The notes below the pieces were generated by a model, which saw only the letters and a program-made list of their open reading frames with translations, was not told the DNA's origin and searched no databases. Both the position numbers and the translations under genes were made by a program. From Octopus sinensis (lineage: Eukaryota): a stretch of DNA of 64,000 nucleotides. This document shows positions 1 through 14,095 of the stretch, piece by piece. The stretch is from positions 6,324,001 to 6,388,000 of the forward strand of contig NC_043015.1 in the NCBI RefSeq assembly GCF_006345805.1, given 5' to 3'. How positions within the stretch are numbered: the stretch's first letter is position 1; every line of letters begins with the position of its first letter.

Positions 1-430
1 CAAACACACATATGTGTATACATACATACATACATACATAATACATACATACATAATACATACACATTTATATATATATGTATATATACACGCACGCTAA
101 CACACACATGTATATATATATATCGAAATAAGCACCAAGGATATCCAGAGGTAATGCCGTACGATCGTTTCATGAAACTCCATTTTATTGAACAATGCAA
201 TCATTACATCAATTTAAAAAGTAGAGCAATCTTCAGCTGCACAAAGAGATAGAATTTAATTAAAATATAACAGATGGACACATTAGTATAAATGTACCTA
301 AAATTAAGGAGATAGATACGGAAAATGTTGTCTCTACTCAGCATGGAAGTAACTAAAGTTATCAGGATGACTATGCCAGATACTGATTTTAAATTATAGA
401 CTAGTTTATCAAGCCCTTGTATATCTAAAG

Positions 431-517
<87 letters not shown>

Positions 518-545
518 ATGCGTGTGTGTGTGCGTGTGTGTGCAT

Positions 546-583
<38 letters not shown>

Positions 584-1337
584 ATACATACATATACATA
601 TGCATTTAAGCACACACATATATGCATAAATTCAATCATACCTACATACATGCATGCACACAAGTACACATATATCTATTTACGAGAATCATTAAAGATT
701 CTTATAAAATTTTCTTCTCCAAAATTTAACCTCTATATATTTACACTTTCAGTTTAAATCCGTTGAGTGTGACTTGACTTTGCTCCATCAAATTTCAATA
801 AAGTATTTTTGTGCCTGTCAAATTTTGATAGTGTTTGAAAGGTATGACACCGCACATAAATGAAACCAATAAAATACTAAAATATTTGGCAAACAGTCGA
901 TAGATTTTCTGATCGATGCATTTTACTAGTTTTTGTTCTGTATTTATTTGAAAAATTCTTTGTAGATTTCCCCTCTGTATGCAATTTATGATATTTAACA
1001 AGAGATTTAGCACTTAAGTATGAAGTTTATATTACGTCGGTGAAATCATAAAACTCAGGGAGGTGTAGCACATATGCTGAGCAATGTTTAAAGATTTTGA
1101 ATTTACTTGGGCATATAAGTTATATTGGGGTAAATATTGCATTTTATTAACGTCAATCATGTGATTGTTGTTTGGGTAAGTAAAAAAGGACAAAAGCACC
1201 CGTGAATGTCCAAGGATATTTTGAAATAGGTTGTAATGATATATAGCTGTTAATAATACAAATAATATGTATCTATGTATGTATGTATGTATGTATGTAT
1301 ATGCATGTATGTATCTATGTATCGATATATATATGTA

Positions 1338-1409
<72 letters not shown>

Positions 1410-1462
1410 ATATATATATATACATATATATGTATGTGTGTGTATAAATATATATATATATA

Positions 1463-2663
1463 TACATATTGGGAAAAACGATGGAAACACCTCGCATCAT
1501 AGCATCATAATATTGAAGTACCTATAAAAACGTGAAAAGCTTGTTTATTTTTTATGTTTTCTGGTATATTATTAGTATTGCTTAATATGTTTCGCTAAAA
1601 TTGTTGCTTCTTTTAAGATATCACCAGAAAAAGGTAATTAAAATGCATTAAAATGACAGACCTATCGAACATATTTGATGTATCATGAAGTATTCTCTCG
1701 AAAATAATGACAGACTTTGAGAAACAGGAAAAAAACCCTCCTCACCGAAACAAAACTCCGGAAGAAAACCAGAACATTCAGATAGGGACCGTCTGACTGT
1801 CACGCGATTTGTTAGAAAGGATCACAAAAGTACAACTTTCAAAATTACTGCAGTACTTAATGACTACCTCGAAAAACTAGATTCGGCAAAAACTGTTCGT
1901 CGGGAACAATACAATGCACGATTTCAAAAATTAACATTGCATAGCGTTTAGAGTGGAGTAAAAACCTACAGAATTGCTCCCTAGAGCAATGGAAGAATGT
2001 TATTTCCTTGGACAAGTCATCCTTTACCTTATATCCGACCACTGGCCAAGTATACATGTGGAGAAACCCCAGAAAAGCATTTGACCCAGACTGCCTTCTT
2101 GCAGCTGTTAAACATGGTTAAGGATCTGTGATGAACTGTGGGGCTATAACTTGGAAATCCGCCGGCCCAGTGGTTTCCCTTCATGGCAGAATTAATTTTC
2201 AAGACTATTTAAGCATTTTATCTGATCAAATTCATCCTATGCTTGTGGAATTGTTTCTGGAGGGAAATGCAATCTTTGTGTATGATAATACAACACCAAT
2301 TCACAAAATTAAATTGGTTATTGAATGGCACGAGGAACATTCTAGTGAACAACATCTTATTTGGCCACCACAGTCCATAGATCTCAATATTATTGAACCT
2401 TTAAGATGCATTTTAGAAAAAAACATGTAAGGAGTCGATATCTTCCACCATAATCGCTACAAAAACTGGAATCTGTTTAGCAGAAGAATGGACAATATTT
2501 CTTTTGGAAAGAGTTCAATCTTTCTACGAGTCCATACCTCGCAGAATTCAAGTTGTAATTACTGCCAAAGGCGGTCCTACCCCATATTAAAAACTAAAAT
2601 ATTAAAAGATATATTTGTTTGAAATGTTAAGGTCTTTGCATTATTTTGTCTAACAGATGAATA
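1463..2663 (+). mobile_element. Decayed Tc1/mariner (Tc1-type) DNA transposon
   Basis: Contains a transposase pseudogene. Degenerate TIRs: left aaaaacgatggaaacacct (1474-1492) versus the reverse complement of the right end, caaaataatgcaaagacct (2630-2648), 14/19 identical. TA-rich flanks on both sides fit TA targeting. Confidence 0.88.
1653..2590 (+). pseudogene. Tc1-family transposase pseudogene (stops, frameshifts, internal deletions)
   Basis: Manual translation across frames gives MTDLSN, KQNSGRKPEHSDRDRLTVTRFVRKDH, EQWKNVISLDKSSF (cf. WxxVxFSDES), KHG*GSVM, FVYDN, IWPPQSIDLNIIEPL (cf. WPxQSPDLNPIE) and SIPRRIQVVITAKGGPTPY*. ORF 2128..2430 is part of it. Confidence 0.92.
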
Positions 2664-4180
2664 TATATATATATCTGTGTGTGTGTATGTGTATATGTGT
2701 ATGTGTTTTTATATTTGTATATATGTATATGTATGTAAAGCATGCATATATGAAGAATGTGTTATGTTTATTACAGAACACTGAAAAATATTTTGTTGTG
2801 GCGTTATGATTGATTATGTTCACAGAATTTTCAAAAATGATGTCAGCTTCTAACAAATCAATCTATAACATTAGCTAACATATTACCATAAATCAAATTT
2901 CATGCAATAGATCCAATTTCATACTAAGCTCAGACTTTCGTTCCGTCTCTATAAATTCCGGTCGCGATTAGTCTGGGTCGTTTTCTTTGACCTCGCCGCC
3001 AAAAGTGGCCCTACCAAGAATTTAGAACTCCCGAAAGTCATTGCTTTCAGTGTTATTTGTTCAGGCATGCCCCTCCACTATAACAAGGTGCGACGATCTG
3101 ACTATGATTAGACGCGGCGAAATACCAAAGACCCCCAACGGTGAAACAAGCGCACGATGATTACAACAAATCTCAACGTTTGAACTGGAAGATGAAGGGG
3201 ACTACGAATTAAGGACATATTAAAGAAACCGCCATTCAAAACTATAACGGGATCAGCAGTATTATATTTCAGTTTCATAACTGGGTCGTGCATGTCTCAT
3301 TGTATGTGTCGCTGAGGAAGGTCATGAAATTATGTATGTGGGTCACTTCCTCGCAACTTGTGATCCATCTAAAACAAATCTACGCTATTTGCACTTACTT
3401 CTACGTCTTCTTGACGATGACGACGATAACTTTTCGATTCGACTTTAATCTGAAAATCATGCTGGCTGCTGATGTACTTTAAGATTTTTTAGTCAAAATG
3501 CGTAAGCTGAGAATTTCAACACCCTTCGGATGCTTCCTTCTCCGATATATTCAGGTAGCCTGTTATTTATCATATGTTGTTCGGACGCATGTGTCAAATA
3601 CCTTTTCCCAAACCTTTAGCTTTGTTCGATCTTCTTACGATAATCTTGCATAATTTTCATTATTATGCTAAGATATTGAAATTATTTCCCTCCGTGAAGA
3701 CAATTACGTCCACAGAGAATTTATTTTACGAGAAGGATGAAATGCAAATATTGTTTCTCAGTAATTGAAAGGAGACGAATGTTTTGTTTTCAAAGCCAAG
3801 CACAACCGTACAAACCGAAACTGTTTACGCCCATAGCATATACATATATATATATGCTTGACACTTATATGTATACACACATACGCATATACATACATAA
3901 TGCATACATATGTGCATACATATGTGCATATATACAAATTAGGCTGGGGTTCATTACAGCTGTTTCAGGCGCGTTTTATCGATGAACAAAGTACATCATG
4001 AAAAGAGAAGTTTTCATTATGTGAATTAAAATATAAATCTATAATCTAACCTTTACATTTGGCTCATAGATAATATATTAGTAGGGGTCCAGATAATGTG
4101 AAATACACACGCTACGGCTAAACCGGTGCCCTTATTATTAATCTAACGAAGAAAATTTATATATATATATATATATATAT

Positions 4181-4300
4181 CAACGTGATCAACGTAACCG
4201 ACCACGCTATCAGATGTCGCTACACATCGCTGGTCACAATGCGCTTCGCATTGCTTTAGCCTTCAAATGACGCCACCCGCTGGCTAAGCGATCAGGTCAA
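4181..4300 (-). mobile_element. SINE 3'-region fragment
   Basis: GC-richer 120-bp island between (TA)n tracts. It resembles, from memory, the tail of an octopus tRNA-derived SINE related to the 17390-17680 head. No Pol III boxes are present. Confidence 0.45.
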
Positions 4301-6729
4301 TATATAGATATAGATCTAGATATGTGTGTATGTATATATATAAATGTGTGTGTGTATGTATGTATGTATGTATGCATGTATGTATGTATACATATGTGTA
4401 AGTGCACGCTGGATGTACCTATGCATCTACATACATAGTGTGTTGGTACCAAAAGCGTACGATGTAAAGATCAATTCCATTTATTGAGATGATCGTACTA
4501 ACTAGACTATTGTGAATCATTTCAAACGGGGAAATAGGTATATGTATATTCAGACACAAACACACACATAAAGACAAGTTATTGCGCCCGCAGTGACACA
4601 CACATGGAATATATATATATTCTATACATGTATGTGAAATAAATGTGAAATATATGTGAAATAAATATGTATGGTATATGAACATGTATGTACGTACTTA
4701 AATTCATACATACATTCATAAAGACGTACATACATAGACACGTATATATATACCTGGATATGCATATATATGTATGTACATACATGTGTATATACATATA
4801 CGTTTATGTATATATATATTTGTGTGTATATTTATATATATATATATGTATATATATATATGTGTATATACATATATGTATATATGCATGTATATGTATA
4901 TATATATGCGTGTGTGTGTGTGCCTATGTGTGTATGTATTTAGACTCAAATATTTTTCTTCATGTATACATACACATCCGCGCGTGTACACATTTATACA
5001 TATGTATGGAGATATATTTTCTGCATATTACCTATATATACATATATGTTCGTGTGTGTGTGTGTGTGTCGGTATGTTTGTATGTATGTTTTTATATATG
5101 CATACGTACTATACATACATGCATATACACACTGTGACCCACACATATATATACAACTATAGTTCGGTTTCTCTACATTCTCCGTTTTTAGAATCGTAAA
5201 CAGAACTGAGGCGCATTGCCAGTATGATTAATGTGTTTAGCCTCCTTTATCACGTCACTCCTCAATAAATCATGGAAGTTGAAATAGAATTATGACTAAA
5301 TTCCTCTTTTAGCAAGAAATGAAAGCTCTCCGAAAGAGATTACAAATCAATATCTCTTGCGTTATCTTCAATCGATCGATTGATACTGAATAAGGGAAGC
5401 AGTCGTGGCAAAAAAATAAAATAATAATAAAAATTAATGATTTCTAAAGAGTAGAAATTTTGAAATGTAGTTGTTTCAATGTGGAAGTTTCATTTCGGTT
5501 TTTCTGCTTGGCTAGACATTTAGCAGTTCAACAGAAGCGATGTTGGCTTTAGAGGCATGGACTTCTTTCCTCTCACACTTCTCTCTATAGCTTTATTGTT
5601 TCTATCATAAATAAATATATGCTGCAATTTCGAATAATCGACATCAACAAGCTACTATCGTAACACAGTTGCCATCCTTCAAAGTGTCCAGTCTTTTGAA
5701 TAACTGTCCGTGGATTTCTTTTATCGTTTCATCAAAGTAATTGTCATTGTTTATCTTGATTTGTAATATCGTTATCGGATATAGGCCGGATTTTCTTCTG
5801 AAGGCTAATAACACACTCCCTCATCTCTTGCATTGATTTTTTGTGGGGAAGAATGATTTATAAATGCATAAACGTATCAATATTAGTGTGCCTATACAAT
5901 GACACAATCTCAGTGAAATGAATCTTTGGATTCTCTTTCTAATCAATAGTTTTCTTTATTTCCTTCATTCATCCCTGAAAGTTGATCATATTGTTTGACA
6001 AAAAATATATAGAATATTTCAGGGAGAGGACATTTGAAATTGCATTAAAACCTTTTTAGTGGTGCATTCATATGCCAGCATGCTTTCCCCTGTAATTCGA
6101 AAATATCTATAATTTAATTTCGATATGCGCATATTCAGCTAATATCACGGTTCCACATACATTTTCCCGCTTCAGTCATTAAGCTATTTTTCCCATATGG
6201 ATGTGATATAAAACTTATATTCTATGTTTGTAAAGTGCAAACTTTCTTTATATATATAAGTTTAAAAGAAACTTATGATGTGGTGTCCAAATTCACATGC
6301 CGTATATACCAGATGATATGGTTTCAAATGGAAGTGGAAACTAAGATTCTGTTTAATCAAGCCAGATTGTCCCTTCATATATTCTTCAAAATTCTTCACT
6401 AATACGCAGATCTACAAATCTGCATTTAGAAAATCTAATGCGATGCATTTTCATATTTCTCTTTTGATATGCGTATATCTTTGGTCTAACCAGGGAACTT
6501 TTATTTGGTTGCAATACTTCGAAGAAATATCAGCTTAATCCACCAAACAATACACACGTGCACCAAGAAAAAGGGAAGGTAATCCGTATGGTTTCATATA
6601 ATGTCTCAGATAAAAAGAGGGAGAAAAGACGTATGGATTTAACGATCAAGCCTGGTGACAGGAGTGATAGAATGAAGGGAATATAATAATGTATTGGTGA
6701 TCCGAAAACAAAGGTGCGCATGTGTGTAT

Positions 6730-7349
6730 TTGTGAGAATGTTTGTGTGTGTGGATAGGGGTTAGAAATTGTGACGTGTGGATGTGTGCGTGCGTAAGTGT
6801 GTACGTCTGTAATGTGTGGGTATGTGGATGATTGTGTGTGGGTGTGCGGATGATGATGTGTTGGTGTGAAGATGATTGTGTGCGGTGAGTTCAGTGCTAG
6901 TATGCGCAGATTGATGTGGAGTCATGTGATAAGGTGTGGGGCTATGTGGTGTTTGTGTGGGTGAGGATATGGGTGTAGGGGATATGTGGAAGTGTGGTGC
7001 GTGGGTGTGAAGTGTGGGTTGAGGGCGTATCAACGGAGAGAAAAGGTGAGTAGGAGTGGAGAGAAGAAATAAGTGACAGATGAAGAGAGGAGACGAGGAG
7101 AGTAAAATGAAGAAAGGTGAGGAGTTGAGCCTATCTGGCGCAAAGGAGCGAAGAGGGAAGATTAATTCCTCTTCACGGTGAAGGCGGGAACAGGAATTGA
7201 TATTGGCTCCTGTGCGAAGACAGTCCGAACACAGACATGTGTTGAATGACCGGTGGAACGGAAATGGCGCGAGATCGGGGTTTCATTTACGAGTCTGATG
7301 TCTCAGATGTGCTTTGCAAGCAGGAGATGCGGCGAATGACGTTGCTAGA
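6730..7349 (-). mobile_element. Penelope-like retroelement 3' remnant (GIY-YIG endonuclease C-terminus plus low-complexity tail)
   Basis: Minus-strand translation of 7349-7110 across frameshifts gives SSNVIRRISCLQ (cf. SxNVIYCIxC), HLR.IRLVNETPISRHFRSTGHS (cf. HxxDIR..xPVxRHF...GHS) and RLHREEELIFPLRSFAPDRLNSSPF. A CT-rich and then CA-rich tail follows. Confidence 0.75.
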
Positions 7350-7359
7350 ATATATATAT

Positions 7360-7431
<72 letters not shown>

Positions 7432-8647
7432 TTATTTATTTATTTATTTGTATACATTTAATATATATATTGGACGGTCACTTTAAAAGAACAACATCGA
7501 CAATAACAGCAAGAACAACAGATGTATTTGTGGATTTGATCCATTTGAGCGGCGAATTGCGTATATATCTTGTATAATCACTGGTCAGCTTACGTTTCAC
7601 TCGTGGCACTTGTCAGACAGCAACTGTGTGGAAACACATAGACTGTGTTTGTTGTTAACTGGGTATTGTTGCTTCCCTGGTATAAAGCACACTATTTGCC
7701 AGTTGTGTCGCAGAGGGGCCCACTCTCCTGCCTGCATTCGATCCAGGAATTTAGATGTGATGAAATACTTATCATCTTTCTATTAATCATGGGGCCTACG
7801 AAAAATATCTGTGGGACTACTTTTTCAAGTTTGTCGAAAAAACAACCACAAAAATATTTTTAGCACTTCCGAAATTAGACTTTGAAGAAATTATGTAGTA
7901 TAAAGCAAATGCTATATTTACAGCACCCGTAACGCATTTGAAACTTGGCTTTCTATTCGCTCAATATATAAATAAATATATATAGATATGTGAGAAATCA
8001 CGAATCAATTTTCATTGAGAAATCTACCAAGATCCATTTAGAATGTAATGAATATTTAATAGAAAAAAAAAAAACAATCTTTTTCTGAAACATTGAATTT
8101 TATTCATTCAAAGTATTTACTTATTCTCATCGCCACCATATGTTCTTTCTCTTATATTTCTGAACAGGACCGTAGGATATAGTATTTTTCACTTACATCC
8201 CCACTATCAAAGATTTTTCACGTGTTCTTATCAAACACACATTTTTTTTTTCTCATTCCGGTCTTTTAGTTCAACTCATGCAAAAATATTTATGGCTCCA
8301 TATATCACTCTTCACCTTCAGTCGTAAATACAATCTGCCCCCCCCCCCACCAATGTACAACCCTAACGTTTTAGTACGTGTTGATGTTGTTTGCTTCATC
8401 TGTTATTTGTTGTACTTTTTTTCTTATCTTTTCCCTTCTTATTTTGTTTTCTGTTTTGCTTTTGCATATATTTTTTTATATGTTTTAACTTTAAGTCCTT
8501 CGGCAAATTGCTGGCTTACTGAGAAAATGAACAGTACTTCTGTAAGCCTGTCATTTAAAGAGTAAACTGGAACGTTGATTTTTTCAAAATAAATATACAT
8601 ATACGACATACCGCCTATATATTAGGTATTATCTATTTGCCGCTCTT

Positions 8648-8726
<79 letters not shown>

Positions 8727-8730
8727 GTCC

Positions 8731-8776
<46 letters not shown>

Positions 8777-8870
8777 ATATCTATTTATATATCTATCTAT
8801 CTATCTATCTTTCTATCTATCTATCTATCTATCCATCTATACATCCATCTATCTATCCATCTATACATCC

Positions 8871-8963
<93 letters not shown>

Positions 8964-9176
8964 CCTACCTACCTATCTATCTATCTATCTATCTCTTTCA
9001 ATCAATCTCTCGATGTTTTTTTCCGATCTCTTTTGATCGGAATTTTCCCTTTTTCTTCCATTTTCCCTTTTAGTTTTTGATTTTCAAAAAAAAAGCCCTA
9101 CATTTGTATTTGTCCCTTCTGTGTTCAGCTCTGTGAGGCCATCTCCATCTATCTCTCACCATCTATCCATCCATCC

Positions 9177-9251
<75 letters not shown>

Positions 9252-9295
9252 CATCTATCCATATATCTATCTTTCTATATATCTATCTATCTTTC
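8648..9295. repeat. (TATC)n / GATA-type tetranucleotide arrays (two blocks, about 8648-8995 and 9145-9295)
   Basis: Directly visible. Source of the LSIYLSIY ORFs. Confidence 0.97.
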
Positions 9296-9594
9296 TCTCT
9301 GTCTGTCCGTCTGTCTGGAATAACTTTCACTTTGTTGGTATGTGCCAATTTCATATTTATGTAAACATGTCTATTTTTCTCTGTATATGAGTACGAGTAT
9401 AGCTAACGGGAGTGTGTGTTTTTGTGTGTGGTGTGTTTCGGTGTCTCTCACACGATTGTGTACGTGTATGTAAACAAGACTAATGAGAACAGTCACACGA
9501 ATATTCAGTGAACATCTATAATGTAAACAAAATATATATGCGGTAGGAGCATCTCTACCAATACATCGGCACATATCGCACTCACTCACAAACA

Positions 9595-9722
9595 TTACTT
9601 ACTACTACTACTACCACCACCACCACCACCACCAGTAGTAATAGTAGTAGTAGTAGCAGCAGCATTAGTAGTAGTAGTAGTAGTAGTGGTGGTAGTGGTA
9701 GTAGTGGTAGTAGTAGTAGTAT

Positions 9723-9754
<32 letters not shown>

Positions 9755-10045
9755 AGTAGTAGTAGTAGTAACACCATTCGCTTTCATAATTAGTGAAGGA
9801 GCCCCCAAAACAAGTCACTATAGTGTTCCAATATTCCATTGTCCTCCTTATCATTCTGATTTGAAATTCTGATTGAAGACTTCAATGAAACTTCGCTCTT
9901 ATCTATGGAAACGACCGCCTTCTCTCCTTCTCCCTCTGACCCATTTCTTCTTCTCCTCCTCCTCCTCCTTCTTCTCCTTTTTCTCATTCTCTTCCTCCTT
10001 CATCTTCTTCTTCTTCTTCTTTTCCTTCTTGCTCTCCTTCTTCTT
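9595..10045. repeat. Compound trinucleotide repeats (TAC/CAC, TAG/TGG, then CTT/CCT)
   Basis: Directly visible. Confidence 0.95.
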
Positions 10046-11834
10046 GGTGTTTGTAATTCTATTATTTGTTCCTGGCCACGCTGCATTATTTCTTTCTCTT
10101 GGCTCATTTTCGCTTCAGTTATGCAAAATACTTAGGGTCTTATGTGTTCGACTGTTTTTGCATACGTCTTCGTTGTGTCGTCTACTGTTGCATTCATAGA
10201 TGCATTACTGGTTTTACTAACAATATTAATGTAGCCGTGGTGCAAATCTCGGTTAGCAGAATATAAATCTTGCTAAATTACAGTTATCATTTCCTTTCCA
10301 CCGAATATATACTTTATCAACCACTGTTTATCAATGGTCTGTTTTTATACCTGTACTTTTTCACTAGATTTAAGGGCGATGTGTTAAAACTGCTTTGGTA
10401 GTTATTTTTAGAAGCTGAACGGTCGCCTAGGGAATCACTTGTTAGCTAGCTAAGAGAGTATATTGTAATGTGGTTCAGGTTTCTCGAGCTTAACTTCGTA
10501 CGTGTTAGAAATGCATAGATGTTTTCCAAGGCATGTAATGAATCCTTTTCAAAGACGACATTCTCAGAATTTCGTGTTTGACAGGCCGTGTTTAACAGAA
10601 CGTGTAAAGGATAAAAGAACATTCAAGCATTTTTTCAAAAAAGAATAACATTTTGTGAAAACAAGCTCGGTAAACCAGATACGTTAAGCAGATTTCACGT
10701 AGATTCCCAGTTTCTAACCAAGGTTAGAGAGAAAAAGGAAAATCAGGAGTGCACGTTCTCAAACTCTCGTACAATTATTATTATTATTTATCGTAGGGTT
10801 TTTCAACAGTTTGATGCAAGTTCGTTCTGTACTAACAGGTGCAACCTCGTTCTCCTGACGTGTATGCTGACGTGTATACAGCAGCGCTTTTTGTTTTTGG
10901 TGGGGGATGAAGCATTGCCTTTGAATTTTATATCAATAGTGCTTTACTGTGGGAGTCATTTGTGTGAAGTACGAGCAAAAGGAGTTATGTTTGTTGTTAT
11001 ATTTTTAGCATGTGCTTTGTGTATTTTACGTGATTGATGTGTTGTGCATTAATGTCGGACTGTTATTGTGTCGGGTATGCGTTGCAGAGTTTATATTAAC
11101 GGTGGCAACTGCGGAGAATATGAAGTGCGTGAATTGTTGATGTTACAGTGTCAGTTATCGATTATTTAAGCGCATGTGTTGCGCTATTTTTTGAGTTGGT
11201 GATGGTGATGGTGATGGTGTGGTGGCGGTAAATGTGCACATCATGTGATGTGATTTGTCTTTGCTTGCTTATGTTGAGTCTACACAATATGTGTTGCGTC
11301 ATTTATGAAAATGGATTCAGTGATTATTATTTAGAATATGCTATTTTATCGGATGGCAAATTATAGACATGTCTTGCATGCAGTTTAGGCAGAGTATGAG
11401 TTATATTACGATAGAGGTTCTGTTTCCCGTTACTGATTTTTAAGCTGAGCACACAATAATTAGATCCAGTCCTGCTTTTTTCTCCATTCACTAGACCTAC
11501 GTGTGAACACTTTTCACTCATATATTCTACATTCTGCTTCTTTCATATTATAAAAGATGATACCTTCTAGTTCGTTTTTGGATTTGGTTTGCAAGATTCT
11601 TTATATAAGTTCGTGTGTTAAGGCATATTCTGTTGTGTCTGGGGAGAGTCATTTTCTTTTTGTGTTTTATAATGTAACACACTCACCGGTAAAATTTCCA
11701 CTTGTTTCTTATTTTTATTTTCCTAAAGTTTTCGTTGCGTCTTGCAACCTTTTCTCCCCAGACACAACAGAATATACTTTCTAGATTTTCGAAATAATTA
11801 CAAGCCATGTTTTTGGCTTGAAGGATTCCATGTG

Positions 11835-11990
11835 TCGAAGAGAGTAGCACGGGAAAAATTACGTTAGAGTATTTATTCCGGCCCTTCGTGTTCTGAGCTT
11901 AGATCTACCATCAACGGGGAATTCATCTTTGCGTTTTATCTTTAAAATAACTGTGCTCGATTTCACTGATTAAACTTCCCGCCAAATTAT
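11835..11990 (+). mobile_element. Highly decayed tRNA-derived SINE
   Basis: ttagagtatttattccggcccttcgtgttctgagc aligns loosely to the ttagc..gtatttc.tctg....acgttctg segment of the 13734 copy. Confidence 0.33.
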
Positions 11991-12519
11991 CATTTGAGAG
12001 CTGAATGACAAAGATTCTGAAAATATAGAACAAATGGCATGGAGCAGTTCCTTCCGCATCATTAACTTCTAAATCTAAATTCCTCCTACGTCAAATTCGT
12101 CAATCAGCGCCGTCAAAAACGTGCAGCATTGAAAACAAGTACTGATTTAGTTGACTAAAGCAATCTTCCAATATTCTAGTCATGTGCTTGTGTTAAAAAT
12201 CATCATTTCAAGTGCTTCGATTGGCATAATTGTTAAGGTATTTGAGAAAAATTTGAGGGGGCCAGGATTTATTTCTACTACTTATATTCTGAGTCAAAAT
12301 CTCGTCATAGTCATCTTTTCCTTCCGTCATTACATGATGAATAATATGAAGTTTTATTGAAGTTCTATTCCTCAGTTGCATGGACTATCAGCAAAGGGAC
12401 TTTCGTTACTTTCTTTTGTGACTGATCGATGAATTATGCGATATTGTCACGTTGTAAATACTAACTCCCTTGACAAGTTTCTGCCTTTGTATCTGAGTCA
12501 GCAACAGTTATTATTATTA

Positions 12520-12578
<59 letters not shown>

Positions 12579-13149
12579 TTTCCGGTTTTTATTACGTGTT
12601 GTCACTTCACTACGAAGAACAGATACGTACGCTTTGAGTATTTGCAGCGCCTGCAATAATTATTCTCTTCACATTATGCATGTATGCAAATCCCAGATTT
12701 TTGGTATTGCAGTTCCATGCATGTTTCCCTATTATTCGCTACGTACCTATTTTTGTTGGCATTTATTTTTTTCAGCCAGTTCCCAAATTCCGTTTATCTC
12801 TCTTCACAGATATTTATATTTGGATAATTTATGCGCTCTCATCAGTTGGGGCCGATAATTCGATAAGGATAATTTCCCGCAAGTACTTGACAATAATATC
12901 TGCTCGATTAGCCATGATCACCCTGTGCTTGTGTTATTAACATATCCCACAATGTTTGATTTGTCATTTACCGAGGATTCTCTATTGCAGATTTTTACAG
13001 TATGTTTTCTGTTGCTATCTCACAGCAGTTGCATACAAACCGTATATAGAATCGCTAGCTCTGTCGTTCAAACACTTGATATACTCACAGCATTTGTCAA
13101 TTGATTCCCCTGTTAGAGATTTCTAGTATTATTAACATTTCAAGCTAGT

Positions 13150-13292
13150 GAGAAGGCAGATCCGAAGGCGGATCCGTTAGCGGTATTGGTTCCGGCTTTA
13201 CGAACCAAGTTCGAATTTCAAAGGGGTCGACTGTGTCTTTCATTATTTCGGTATCGATAAAATAAGCTCTAGTCGAGTGTACTAGTCGATAT
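13150..13292 (+). mobile_element. Decayed SINE, same family as 13734-14095
   Basis: Contains gttagcggtatt, gttcgaatt and ggtcgactgtgtctttcattatttcggtatcgataaaataag. Confidence 0.55.
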
Positions 13293-13359
13293 ATTATGCT
13301 GGGTCTCTCCACACTAAATGTCAGGCCTTGCCTCGTGCACATAAAAGAAAGGATTATTA

Positions 13360-13510
13360 TTATTATTATTATTATCATTATTATTATTATTTTTGAAATT
13401 CTCATTCTTATATCATATATATGCCATGCATTGTACCTCACTGTTATTCATATCATGAGGACAAAAATAAAATGCCAACTACTACTACTACTACAACTAC
13501 TACTACTACC

Positions 13511-13557
<47 letters not shown>

Positions 13558-13595
13558 CACTACTGCTGCTGCTACTACTACTACTACTACTATCA
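13360..13595. repeat. (ATT)n and (ACT/ACC)n trinucleotide tracts
   Basis: Directly visible. Confidence 0.93.
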
Positions 13596-13733
13596 CGACA
13601 ACAATCCACCCCCACCCAGTATTACCACTGATACAACTACGGCTGCTACTGCTACGACATCAATACCTCTGGTTTACGTCTTGCTATTATTGTCAGTGGT
13701 AAATTTATTATGAATATTATTAAAGCCTTTCTA

Positions 13734-14095
13734 GGGCGGCAAAATGACAGAAACGTTAGCACGCCGGGCGAAATGCTTAGCAGTATTTCATCTGCCGCTA
13801 CGTTCTGTGTTCAAATCCCGCGGGGTCGATTAAATAAGTACCAGTTACGCACCGGGGTCGAGGTAATCGACTTAAACCGTTTGTCTGTCATTGTTTGTCC
13901 TTTCTGTATTTAGCCCCTTGTGGGTAGTAAAGAAATAGATGTTTCGTCTGTGTTTACGTCCTGAGCTCAAATTCCGCCGAGGTCGACTTTGTCTTTCATC
14001 CTTTCAGGGTCGATAATTAAAGTACCAGTTAATCGACTGACCCGCTTCCCCCAAAATGTTGGGCCTTGTGCCTAGAGTAGAAACGAATATTATTA
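13734..14095 (+). mobile_element. tRNA-derived SINE with internally duplicated body (Nin/Deu-like central domain)
   Basis: Head ggcggcaaaatgacagaaacgttagcacgccgggcgaaatgcttagc. B-box-like gttcaaatc/gctcaaattc. Core gaggtcgactttgtctttcatcctttcagggtcgataa. The tttc.tctg...acgt.ctg...tcaaat.cc...ggtcga module occurs twice. Homologous pieces recur at least six times in this window. Confidence 0.82.

Noticed and set aside
6240-6520. Minus-strand text resembling a Cys-loop receptor segment (IWLD...IWTP)
   Set aside because: Four in-frame stops, no Cys-loop, and only 3-4 matching residues. Compatible with chance.
6591-6609. CTGA-N10-GAAAC (minus) downstream of the Penelope remnant
   Set aside because: The position suits a pLTR hammerhead, but there is no NGA, no stem II and no GTH triplet.
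12010-12330. Minus-strand LDLEVNDAEGTAPCHL resembling an ankyrin repeat
   Set aside because: A single imperfect motif among several stops, with no convincing splice sites.
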